DNA from: a virus
Lineage: Duplodnaviria > Caudoviricetes
Length of the DNA stretch: 27,876 nt
Strand: one strand, 5' to 3'
IMG/VR virus record: IMGVR_UViG_3300043436_000341
Coordinates: 1 to 27,876 of that record
Part shown: in pieces, positions 1 through 6,853 of the stretch
Layout: every line of letters starts with the position of its first letter
How positions within the stretch are numbered: position 1 is the first letter of the stretch
Notes under the pieces: model-generated
Seen by the model: only the letters and a program-made list of their open reading frames with translations
The model's database searches: none
What the model was told of the DNA's origin: nothing
Made by a program: the position numbers and the translations under genes

Positions 1-420
1 GTCTTTGTGCCAGTCTGGTGTCAGATACACGATTAGATTTAATCGTCTCTCAAGCAAGAGTTTGGGGTGTATGGAGTAATCGAGATGCGGGTTTAACTTT
101 CCCCCAGAGATGTGCCTGTGCATACCAGCGCCATGCAGACCAGCGTCAGCGTAGAGCGTGCAGCCAGTCAGGTGCTCAATTTGTTGCACAAAGTCAGGAG
201 ACACAAGGTGCTGCATTGCTTTATAAATACTGGCAGGGAAAGCACCCCAGTAATTCATGGTTGACTTGTGCTCAAGTGCATTGTTGTAATGCACCCAAAA
301 ATCTTTTACTGCGTCAAAGTCTTGAGATATTTGTAACGCTAGTTGCGGTGGAAAGAAGTCATCAATTACCAAGTGCTTGAACGGGTGCTCGGACTGCCAA
401 GCGAATGTGTGTGTCTTCAT
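1..420 (-). CDS. 2OG-Fe(II) oxygenase, prolyl-hydroxylase-like (partial, runs off the window start)
   Basis: Not in the ORF track. Manual translation from ATG at 420 is open to base 1: MKTHTFAWQSEHPFKHLVIDDFFPP...GLHGAGMHRHISGGKLNPHLDYSIHPKLLLERRLNLIVYLTPDWHKD. It has the HxD iron ligand (HLD) plus PFxHxVIDDF and RRLNLIVYL segments typical of 2OG-FeII_Oxy_3 proteins, and an ATGA overlap with the upstream gene. Confidence 0.88.
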   Translation of the reverse strand, partial: MKTHTFAWQSEHPFKHLVIDDFFPPQLALQISQDFDAVKDFWVHYNNALEHKSTMNYWGAFPASIYKAMQHLVSPDFVQQIEHLTGCTLYADAGLHGAGMHRHISGGKLNPHLDYSIHPKLLLERRLNLIVYLTPDWHKD

Positions 421-788
421 ATCTCACCAAAGAATGCAGCAGTTAACGGGTCACGCTTAATCTTGCGTCTGAGTTGGTTCTGCTTGGTTAGTCTTCTTTC
501 CTTTGCGTCTGCATCTTCTTTGGCTCGGTGCTTACGCAACCGCGAGCTGCTGCTCACAGGCTCTGGCTTATCTGCATCCACTCCGATGCCGTAGCGATAC
601 ACAGCAGACCATTGCGTCACACTCGTCTTACGCCACGACTGGATGTGTACATTGCCTTCTTTGCGTAACTTGGCGATCATGTCTCTGCTGGACCTGATAG
701 TGCAGAACAGCACTTCAGCCAGCTCGACCGCGGTGTATCCCTTTTGAGTGATCAGGGCTATGAGTCGAGGCAACCTGACTGGCTTCAT
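417..788 (-). CDS. putative (winged) helix-turn-helix DNA-binding protein
   Basis: N-terminal YTAVELAEVLFCTIRSSRDMIAKLRKEG resembles an HTH; basic C-terminus; coupled to both neighbours by ATGA overlaps. Confidence 0.65.
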   Translation of the reverse strand: MKPVRLPRLIALITQKGYTAVELAEVLFCTIRSSRDMIAKLRKEGNVHIQSWRKTSVTQWSAVYRYGIGVDADKPEPVSSSSRLRKHRAKEDADAKERRLTKQNQLRRKIKRDPLTAAFFGEI

Positions 789-889
789 TTGTCGTCGAGT
801 CCAAAGTACAGAACTGCAAACATGACGGCTACTGCAATGACACCGCCAAGAATCAGCAAGACAATCATCGTCAGGATGTTTTCAATCAT
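785..889 (-). CDS. small single-pass membrane protein (34 aa)
   Basis: Below the ORF-track cutoff: MIENILTMIVLLILGGVIAVAVMFAVLYFGLDDK. It fills the gap exactly and overlaps both neighbours. Confidence 0.7.
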   Translation of the reverse strand: MIENILTMIVLLILGGVIAVAVMFAVLYFGLDDK

Positions 890-1079
890 AGTTAAGCCCT
901 TTCAGTTTTAACTCAATATTCTTGGCGGTCTGCTCAATCTCACATCCCCCTTTGCCGTAATGGATACACTCATGTATCTGCTCGTCGGTGAGGGATACCC
1001 ACGGCTTTTTGTAGGTCTGGATGTCGTCGTCGTCCACAACCTTGCGGTGCGGTACTGATATTCCTATGTGTCGTGTCAT
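882..1079 (-). CDS. hypothetical phage protein (65 aa)
   Basis: GGAG upstream, ATGA overlap with the HNH stop, contains a PWVSLTDEQI segment. Confidence 0.7.
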   Translation of the reverse strand: MTRHIGISVPHRKVVDDDDIQTYKKPWVSLTDEQIHECIHYGKGGCEIEQTAKNIELKLKGLNYD

Positions 1080-1564
1080 GCTGTCTTCTCCACATGAGTA
1101 AATAATTCTTCTCGTTTAAGTCTTGCTGCAAGTCCTGCTTCTTCTTTTGAATAAAACATTCCAACAATTATTCTTTTTTTATTGTGAGAAATTGAAGCTA
1201 TCCACTTTTTTGCAGATTCATGCCAGTGAACGCCTCTATACCCGCTAGTATTATCTTTTCGTGGAGATATGTTTTCACAATTTTGCTTTTGAGTTGCAAG
1301 TCTCAAGTTGCACATCCTATTATCTGAACAATCTCTGTTTATGTGGTCAATGTTCAACTCTGGAAAATGCCCGTAAACATAAAGCCAAGCCAGTCTGTGC
1401 GCTTTGTAATATTTACGGTCAACTCCAACATGGATATATCCACGCGGATGCTGTGTTCCAGCTATCTCTCCAACTTTTCTTCTTTTTACTTGTTTTATTC
1501 TCGTAAACAAGCCAGTTGTCTCACTGTAATGAAACAACTCTTTAAGTCTTAATTGATTAATCAT
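1076..1564 (-). CDS. HNH homing endonuclease with C-terminal AP2-like domain
   Basis: AHRLAWLYVYG...IDHINRDCSDNRMCNLR is the HNH_3 core; NTSGYRGVHW...KWIASI is AP2-like. The start is placed at 1564 because GAGGTG lies 4 nt upstream; the track start at 1579 has no SD. Confidence 0.92.
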   Translation of the reverse strand: MINQLRLKELFHYSETTGLFTRIKQVKRRKVGEIAGTQHPRGYIHVGVDRKYYKAHRLAWLYVYGHFPELNIDHINRDCSDNRMCNLRLATQKQNCENISPRKDNTSGYRGVHWHESAKKWIASISHNKKRIIVGMFYSKEEAGLAARLKREELFTHVEKTA

Positions 1565-1602
1565 GTCGCACCTCATCATTGGTGGAAGTCATCACTAAAA
1601 GA

Positions 1603-1660
1603 AAGTGACAGCAGGACGGTGATGAATCGCCTTTTCCTCCGCTAAAAGTAGCTGTCACTT
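1603..1660 (-). ncRNA. C4-antisense-like structured RNA (three-way junction)
   Basis: A perfect 10-bp closing stem (AAGTGACAGC 1603-1612 / GCTGTCACTT 1651-1660) encloses two hairpins on the minus strand (CTTTT-AGCGGAGG-AAAAG and GCG-ATTCATCAC-CGT). The loop TCATCAC is complementary to downstream GTGATGA and TGATGA. Confidence 0.6.
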
Positions 1661-1662
1661 GC

Positions 1663-1690
1663 ATCTTAGCATTTTTCATGTCTTTTCCAA
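1663..1690 (-). promoter_or_regulatory. putative sigma70 promoter for the C4-like RNA/HNH cassette
   Basis: Minus strand reads TTGGAA-16 nt-TAAGAT with an extended -10 (TGcTAAGAT), directly upstream of the stem. Confidence 0.45.
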
Positions 1691-2149
1691 TATTGGTCTA
1701 GCTCTACGCATCATGATCTCTTTAGTGACAATATCAAGTGCCTTCTCAAGTTCGCCAATGGTGGTTATCTCAAGCATTGCGTCATGCAAAGCCATGCCGT
1801 AGTTGATCGCCATCAGCTCGGATGCCTTCGCCACAAACCTGTCGTCTCGATTGATACCGCGACGCGATAACTCCAGCAAGGCATCCTGTCCTTGCTTGAT
1901 CTCGTCTACATACTCATGCCCAATGCCAAGCCTTGAGAGAGCTTCGGAGACATTGAGAGCAGAGATGATGGAGTCGATGTCGTAGCGCTTTGCCTGACCC
2001 GTCCTGAGAGCTTCTAGGGCAGAGTGATTCTTTATCTTTAGATCGAGTGCTGCACCGCCAGTCGTGGACACAAGTCTAAAACCGTTTAAGACATAGGTGG
2101 TGGCATCGAGGCGCACACCTTTGGGTTTGTATTTACTTCTTTTTCGCAT
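1676..2149 (-). CDS. hypothetical phage protein (157 aa)
   Basis: Long ORF in operon orientation with a basic N-terminus MRKRSKYKPK; helical character. Confidence 0.8.
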   Translation of the reverse strand: MRKRSKYKPKGVRLDATTYVLNGFRLVSTTGGAALDLKIKNHSALEALRTGQAKRYDIDSIISALNVSEALSRLGIGHEYVDEIKQGQDALLELSRRGINRDDRFVAKASELMAINYGMALHDAMLEITTIGELEKALDIVTKEIMMRRARPILEKT

Positions 2150-2279
2150 TGCGTTTTAACCTTGGGCAGTTTATGCAGAACACTTTTTCCTTGGACTGAC
2201 ACACGCCAAGGGTCTCGCACTTGGTGCGTAGCGTTACCCACGGTGGCGGTGTTACCCATCTAGTTTTGACTTCCGTCAT
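2133..2279 (-). CDS. small Cys-rich protein (48 aa), possible zinc binder
   Basis: Manual translation: MTEVKTRWVTPPPWVTLRTKCETLGVCQSKEKVFCINCPRLKRNAKKK. TAATG coupling and a GAGAAG SD-like sequence upstream. Confidence 0.65.
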   Translation of the reverse strand: MTEVKTRWVTPPPWVTLRTKCETLGVCQSKEKVFCINCPRLKRNAKKK

Positions 2280-2863
2280 TATGAATTCTTCTCTTTTAAG
2301 AATAATTGAACCAACATAATAAGATCGTATGTAGAAGTCTTTTGCAATTTTGAACAGATCAATATTGCGTCAATGTCTGCATGGTTTAGCAACTTAAAAT
2401 TAGAGTTACTGCTTTCAATATCTCCTTCAAACTGCTCGCCAACAAGCAGCTCAAACTTTTCGAGTATCTCTTTAGTTGGTTTACTTCTGGCGGTTTCCCA
2501 ATGAGCTATCGTTGATCTCAGCACGCAAAGTTCATTGGCTACATCTTCTTGTCTCAGGTTCTTGCGTTTTCTGGCGTAACGAAGCCAATGGGAAAGGCTA
2601 TTCATGTTTAACGCAACGGCTGGAATAACTGATGATGCGTCTCTTAGCTGTGACTCACTAGCAATCAGAGTAAATTCACATTCAAAGAAATTGCAAAGCC
2701 TATCTAGGGCTGCCATGCGTGGATAAGAGTTACCAACTTCCCACTTGGCTATTGACTGCTGGCTGATTGATACAGCGTCAGCAACCTGTTGCTGGTTTAG
2801 TCCTAGAGTAGTTCTCTCAAGCAGTAACTGCTTGGCAAACTTATTTGTGTAGTCTTCGCTCAT
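2279..2863 (-). CDS. transcriptional regulator with two tandem XRE-family HTH domains
   Basis: Two HTH_3-like units: LGLNQQQVADAVSISQQSIAKWEVGNSYP and KNLRQEDVANELCVLRSTIAHWETARSKP. Confidence 0.88.
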   Translation of the reverse strand: MSEDYTNKFAKQLLLERTTLGLNQQQVADAVSISQQSIAKWEVGNSYPRMAALDRLCNFFECEFTLIASESQLRDASSVIPAVALNMNSLSHWLRYARKRKNLRQEDVANELCVLRSTIAHWETARSKPTKEILEKFELLVGEQFEGDIESSNSNFKLLNHADIDAILICSKLQKTSTYDLIMLVQLFLKEKNS

Positions 2864-3120
2864 TGCATCGCAATCATTTGCATCTCTAACTCTTTGACGC
2901 GCTCGGTCAACTCTTTGACGGTCAGCTCTGCAACCTCCAGCTCGTTGCCGTGAGCACGCAAGGACATCTTCATGCCAGCGTCGTAACCAACCATTGCACC
3001 TTTGTGCATTGCCTCTCTGACCAGTTTACCGATGTCTGGTGGCGACATGATTCTGGCTTTGCCTTCGGCAGCAAGTATGTACTTCAAGACCATCTCGTCG
3101 ATTTTCTTTTCTACTGACAT
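2860..3120 (-). CDS. hypothetical protein with C-terminal coiled coil
   Basis: AGGA SD upstream, ATGA overlap downstream. Confidence 0.75.
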   Translation of the reverse strand: MSVEKKIDEMVLKYILAAEGKARIMSPPDIGKLVREAMHKGAMVGYDAGMKMSLRAHGNELEVAELTVKELTERVKELEMQMIAMQ

Positions 3121-3121
3121 A

Positions 3122-3265
3122 TTAGTTTCCTGTGGTTAAGATAAATCCAATGACACCGACGGTTACGCCAGCAAGAAAGATGAAGACGCAATCAACAAGG
3201 CTGATATTGTTGTCTTGATAAGGACCGTCGACTTCAAAGTTCTCGGTGTAGTTTTGGTGTTTCAT
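3122..3265 (-). CDS. small membrane protein (47 aa)
   Basis: Manual translation: MKHQNYTENFEVDGPYQDNNISLVDCVFIFLAGVTVGVIGFILTTGN. It fills the gap with an ATGA overlap. Confidence 0.7.
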   Translation of the reverse strand: MKHQNYTENFEVDGPYQDNNISLVDCVFIFLAGVTVGVIGFILTTGN

Positions 3266-3498
3266 TCGTCGCTTTCAGAGTTAAATGTTGTGAGGGCTTC
3301 TTCGCAGATATGATCCACGATGGACTGCATAAGAATGTGGGCGATGTCAATGTCACCACAAAAGGCATTGACGAGGTTCATGCACTCAGGGAAGTCTGGC
3401 GCTTCTCCGTGATTTAATTCTGCTGGTTCGTGTTCTAAGAAGCAAACGAGAGTTACCCCTTCCACTTCGCACTTGAATCTGTACAGGTCTTCTAGCAT
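3262..3498 (-). CDS. hypothetical acidic protein (78 aa)
   Basis: TAAGGA SD upstream; very acidic. Confidence 0.75.
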   Translation of the reverse strand: MLEDLYRFKCEVEGVTLVCFLEHEPAELNHGEAPDFPECMNLVNAFCGDIDIAHILMQSIVDHICEEALTTFNSESDE

Positions 3499-3509
3499 TG
3501 TTGTGTCCT

Positions 3510-3531
3510 TAAAAGATGGGGCTTTCGCCCC
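3510..3531 (-). terminator. short GC hairpin with GAAA loop; weak terminator or processing signal
   Basis: Minus strand reads GGGGC-GAAA-GCCCC-ATCTTTT between the first and second leftward genes. Confidence 0.45.
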
Positions 3532-3538
3532 GTTGGTT

Positions 3539-3799
3539 TTACTTGCGTTCTACTGTGCCGACTAACTCGCCATCCATGATCTGGAACATAATTGTTTTAG
3601 CAACATTCAATGTTTGACGAGCACGCTCTACATCACCGTGTGCCATCAATTCTTGAGCGTCAGACATAAGACCTGCGACGATCATATTTCCGCCAGTAAA
3701 TTTGTAAGTGATAGATTGTTTTACTGACTCAATGTATGCGTCAATATCAGCAAAGCCATACATTGCTTCGTTGCGTGTAGTTTGTGTTGCGTTTGTCAT
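3539..3799 (-). CDS. hypothetical protein, first gene of the leftward operon
   Basis: GGAG SD upstream; directly downstream of the leftward promoter. Confidence 0.8.
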   Translation of the reverse strand: MTNATQTTRNEAMYGFADIDAYIESVKQSITYKFTGGNMIVAGLMSDAQELMAHGDVERARQTLNVAKTIMFQIMDGELVGTVERK

Positions 3800-3831
3800 T
3801 TCATTTACTCCGTTGTGTTGTTGATATGCGT

Positions 3832-3859
3832 ATCATATCAAAGTTGACTACATCATCAA
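3832..3859 (-). promoter_or_regulatory. leftward sigma70 promoter
   Basis: Minus strand reads TTGATG-16 nt-TATGAT with an extended -10 (TGaTATGAT); overlapped by the inverted repeat TTGATATG/CATATCAA (3821-3841). Confidence 0.6.
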
Positions 3860-3915
3860 GAACTATTTATTAGACCCTACAACTTTGTCGGGTATTACCG
3901 CCATAAAATACATAG

Positions 3916-4014
3916 TGACAGGGTGTAGTTTCCCTGTCTGCTGTGCCTTATGTCTCCGCAAGAGGTGCAGTTGCCTTGATAGGGGCTGGGTGACAGGACT
4001 CAGCCCCTTTTTTT
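3916..4014 (+). ncRNA. candidate small RNA (three hairpins with its own terminator)
   Basis: TAAAAT at 3904-3909, hairpin GACAGGG/CCCTGTC (3917-3938), a second hairpin with a TCTCC loop, then an intrinsic terminator. No credible + strand gene lies upstream to explain the terminator. Confidence 0.45.
3981..4014 (+). terminator. intrinsic terminator
   Basis: 11-bp stem AGGGGCTGGGT/ACTCAGCCCCT (one G-U) running into a T7 tract. Confidence 0.8.
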
Positions 4015-4020
4015 GCCTGT

Positions 4021-4054
4021 CTTGTTGAAGTAGTCAATTCTAGGTTAACATACT
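4021..4054 (+). promoter_or_regulatory. rightward promoter/operator; probably gives a leaderless cro mRNA
   Basis: TTGTTG-18-TAACAT or TTGAAG-18-CATACT just before ATG 4059, with no SD. 4021-4039 matches the leftward promoter element at 16/19. Confidence 0.55.
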
Positions 4055-4058
4055 CAGC

Positions 4059-4271
4059 ATGAACTACATAACCGAAATCATAGAACGCGCTGACAAGGCG
4101 GGGTTCAAGATGTCCGATATATGCCGTGAAGCTGGCATAGATCAGGCTCAAATGTCTCGCTGGATAGCGGGGCATACCGTACCCCTGATCACCAGCATAG
4201 AGAAACTCAAAACCGCAACAGATCGCTTGATCGCTAACCGCATTGCATCACTAGGGGTCAAGAATGATTAG
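4059..4271 (+). CDS. Cro/C1-type HTH regulator
   Basis: MSDICREAGIDQAQMSRWIAGHTVP HTH; 70 aa; first rightward gene. Confidence 0.85.
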   Translation: MNYITEIIERADKAGFKMSDICREAGIDQAQMSRWIAGHTVPLITSIEKLKTATDRLIANRIASLGVKND

Positions 4272-4731
4272 ACAGCTTGGGATTGATGTTGGCAACAACG
4301 GTGCTCTGGCATTGGTAGTTGATGGCGTGCTGGAGTCTGTCGTCGATATGCCCATCGTCGAGATCAAGCGCGGTAAGACGACAAAGCGCCAAGTGTCTGC
4401 GCAAGCCTTGGTCGGTATCTTGAAGGATATGAACCCGACGCACGCAGCAGTCGAGAAGGTCAGCTCAATGCCAAACCAAGGCGTGAGTTCCATGTTTGCG
4501 TTTGGACGCTCTGCTGGTGTCATTGAAGGCGTATTAGCAGCGCTCCAAGTACCTGTGACTTATGTCCAGCCAGCAGTCTGGGCAAGGACTATGAATAAGG
4601 GCTACGGCAAGGACGCATCAAGACACCGCGCAATGGAGTTATTTCCAGACAAGCAAGAACTCTTTAAGTTGGTGAAGCATGATGGTCGTGCTGAAGCTGT
4701 GCTGATCGCAATGTGGGGGACTAAGCAATGA
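4264..4731 (+). CDS. ruvC: RuvC-like Holliday junction resolvase
   Basis: LGIDVGNNGALA, AAVEKV, SMFAFGRSAG and DGRAEAVLIA give the acidic RuvC active-site pattern. Confidence 0.88.
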   Translation: MIRQLGIDVGNNGALALVVDGVLESVVDMPIVEIKRGKTTKRQVSAQALVGILKDMNPTHAAVEKVSSMPNQGVSSMFAFGRSAGVIEGVLAALQVPVTYVQPAVWARTMNKGYGKDASRHRAMELFPDKQELFKLVKHDGRAEAVLIAMWGTKQ

Positions 4732-4925
4732 TCGACGAAGAACGAGGCGCAATGCGCGAGCACATTGTTTGGCTCACCAAGGAGCTGGAGGACACCAGAA
4801 TCAAACTCAAGGTAAGGGACGAGTTGCTGTCTGAGTTGCTTGATCCAGAGCAGCTCGGTCACGCAGTAACCAACGAGGTGCGCGGTCGCATCTACACACT
4901 TTTGCACTTACAGGAAAACAACTAA
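4728..4925 (+). CDS. hypothetical protein (65 aa)
   Basis: Coupled to both neighbours (ATGA, TAATG). Confidence 0.75.
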   Translation: MIDEERGAMREHIVWLTKELEDTRIKLKVRDELLSELLDPEQLGHAVTNEVRGRIYTLLHLQENN

Positions 4926-6025
4926 TGATCAAACTACGCCCATCGGCAGCGACACGCTGGCTCTCATGTCCTGCATCTGTGAGGCTGTGTGCAGACATCC
5001 CCTACCAGCCAGCAGGTGAAGCTGCGCAGATCGGTACTGCGATACATGAGGTGGCTGAGACTGCATTCTTGACTAACGCATCACCGTATGACTGGGTTGG
5101 CAAGACGATCAAGGACATTCTTATCACCGAGCAGAACGCTGACTTTGCAATGGCTCATGTGAACCACATCAGGGACTTGGAGTTGCGTCTTGGCACGCTA
5201 AAGGTCGAGCAGTATGTGACGGTGTACAAGGACAAGGACATCGAGCTGGGTGGTACTGCCGATGTGGTCGCATGGAACGACGAGAAGTCAACCTTAGTTA
5301 TTGCAGACCTCAAAACTGGCAGAGGTTATGTGGACGCTGACTCAGACCAGATGAAGATATACGCCATCGGTGCGATGCGTCACGCAAAGATTGAATTCAA
5401 CAACATTGAGCTGTCGATCATTCAACCTCACCACGGTGAACCCAGAACGCACAAGATCACATTCAAAGAGCTGAACGACTGGGCAGCGACTAGATTAACT
5501 CCAGCGATCCAAGCAATCAAGAAGGGCGACACCGAACCAACACCGACAGAAGACGGTTGTCAATGGTGTCCAGCAAAAGCAATCTGTCCTGCGCAACGCA
5601 AAGGCTTTGAGGTCATTGCTGCCACGCCAAACCTTGCTGTGATGTCTAAAGAAGAGATGAAGTCTGTGGTGGTAACACTATCACCAGAGCAGATCGCAGA
5701 CTTGCTAGAACGCGCTCCACTTGTTGAGAAGTTTATCGATGCAGTAAGAGACCACGCAGTCAAACGCATTGAGGCAGGTGAAGTGATCAAGGGCTGGCAG
5801 ATGCAGCCGAAGCGTGCGTACCGCAAGTGGATTGACGAGACTGAGGCAAAGATTCAATTACATGACGCTGGTATCCCAGCAGATCAGTTGGTCTCTAGCG
5901 AACTAATTAGCCCATCTGAAGCAGCCAAACTACTGCCCAAAGAATCAAAAGACTTAATTGACAAGTTAACACGCAAGGAGTCTAGTGGTCTCACTCTTGC
6001 GCGTGATTACTCTTTAGGTCAATAA
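4925..6025 (+). CDS. DUF2800-like / Cas4-like PD-(D/E)XK exonuclease
   Basis: PSAATRWLSCPAS, GTAIHE, GGTAD, IADLKTG, QMKIYA and CQWCPAKAICP (split four-Cys Fe-S ligand pattern). Confidence 0.88.
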   Translation: MIKLRPSAATRWLSCPASVRLCADIPYQPAGEAAQIGTAIHEVAETAFLTNASPYDWVGKTIKDILITEQNADFAMAHVNHIRDLELRLGTLKVEQYVTVYKDKDIELGGTADVVAWNDEKSTLVIADLKTGRGYVDADSDQMKIYAIGAMRHAKIEFNNIELSIIQPHHGEPRTHKITFKELNDWAATRLTPAIQAIKKGDTEPTPTEDGCQWCPAKAICPAQRKGFEVIAATPNLAVMSKEEMKSVVVTLSPEQIADLLERAPLVEKFIDAVRDHAVKRIEAGEVIKGWQMQPKRAYRKWIDETEAKIQLHDAGIPADQLVSSELISPSEAAKLLPKESKDLIDKLTRKESSGLTLARDYSLGQ

Positions 6026-6075
6026 TCCATTCCCCCAAACCGTTGCCTTGTGCAACATAAACTCGAAAGGCTCAA

Positions 6076-6684
6076 ATGCTTAATCTTTCATCATCATCTG
6101 GCGGTGGTAATTACATCCGCTTTATGCCAAGCGCAAACGCATGGCTCAACTCAAACAAGGAAGAGTTCACACCAAAGAAAATGGTTGTCGATACAGACTC
6201 ACTCCAAACAGGTTGGATGCACCTCGGAGAAGGTGTGCGCGACTGGCAACCAGACGCAATTCTTGGAAAGAAAGGTGCTCAACCGTCACCTGATCACAAG
6301 CGCGGTTTCTCCATCAAGTTTTATAACAAGGAGATGGGACTCGCTGAGTGGAGTGCTAACGGCACAGGTCCGAACATGGGGCTTGAAAAACTGTGGAAGG
6401 CAATCGAGGCGGGTCAAGCTGCCAATGCTGGCAAGTTACCTGTGATTGAGTACAAGTCCTCCACGCTAGAGAAGATCGGCAAGGGGACAACAAGAATCCC
6501 TAACTTTGATGTGGTGTCTTGGATCGAGAGACCTGCTGGCATGGATGCGGTGGACGACGGCACGCAGTCCTTCGACAGCGACGGCAAGATCAGCATGGCA
6601 GCACCAGCTCCAGTTGCACCACAACCAAAAGCAGCACCTAAGACTGCAATGGCGCAGGCAGTCGAAGACGACGAGATGTTTTAA
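6076..6684 (+). CDS. putative single-stranded DNA-binding protein
   Basis: Beta-rich core, Pro/Ala linker and acidic aromatic tail EDDEMF; located between exonuclease and primase. Confidence 0.6.
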   Translation: MLNLSSSSGGGNYIRFMPSANAWLNSNKEEFTPKKMVVDTDSLQTGWMHLGEGVRDWQPDAILGKKGAQPSPDHKRGFSIKFYNKEMGLAEWSANGTGPNMGLEKLWKAIEAGQAANAGKLPVIEYKSSTLEKIGKGTTRIPNFDVVSWIERPAGMDAVDDGTQSFDSDGKISMAAPAPVAPQPKAAPKTAMAQAVEDDEMF

Positions 6685-6696
6685 CTATTAAGAGAG

Positions 6697-6731
6697 GCGG
6701 GGCTGGCTGAAAGGTCAGTCCCGTTTTTTTT
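6697..6731 (+). terminator. intrinsic terminator
   Basis: GCGGGGCTGGCT-GAAA-GGTCAGTCCCGT stem running into a T8 tract. Confidence 0.8.
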
Positions 6732-6736
6732 CCTCT

Positions 6737-6853
6737 ATGGAAAACACACAAGAATTTTGGATGCTGCTTCTCATTGCGTTGGCTCAAAGGGTCTACGAAT
6801 TGGAGCAGAGATTAGAACTATTAGAAGGACAAGAATGCAAGCCGAACAAATAG
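6737..6853 (+). CDS. small hypothetical protein (38 aa)
   Basis: Manual translation: MENTQEFWMLLLIALAQRVYELEQRLELLEGQECKPNK; overlaps the primase start. Confidence 0.5.
   Translation: MENTQEFWMLLLIALAQRVYELEQRLELLEGQECKPNK

Noticed and set aside
18-380. Plus-strand 120-aa ORF and other opposite-strand ORFs (e.g. 7140-7643, 14467-14970, 15520-16187, 21165-21668)
   Set aside because: They are shadows of well-supported genes on the other strand, with no motifs or RBS.
1603-1660. Cloverleaf-like structure as a tRNA
   Set aside because: Only two internal arms, 58 nt, and no TTC T-loop or CCA end.
3948-4175. Minus-strand 75-aa ORF as a CI-like repressor
   Set aside because: It is antisense to cro and runs over the promoter and terminator; no HTH signature.
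4925-6025. Cas4-like nuclease as evidence of a CRISPR-Cas system
   Set aside because: No cas1/cas2 or array; the context (RuvC, SSB, primase) is a standard phage recombination/replication module.
6757-6834. Track N-terminal extensions (primase 6757; also 12062, 19799, 24951, 1579)
   Set aside because: Downstream ATGs have better SD sequences and/or family-typical N-termini.
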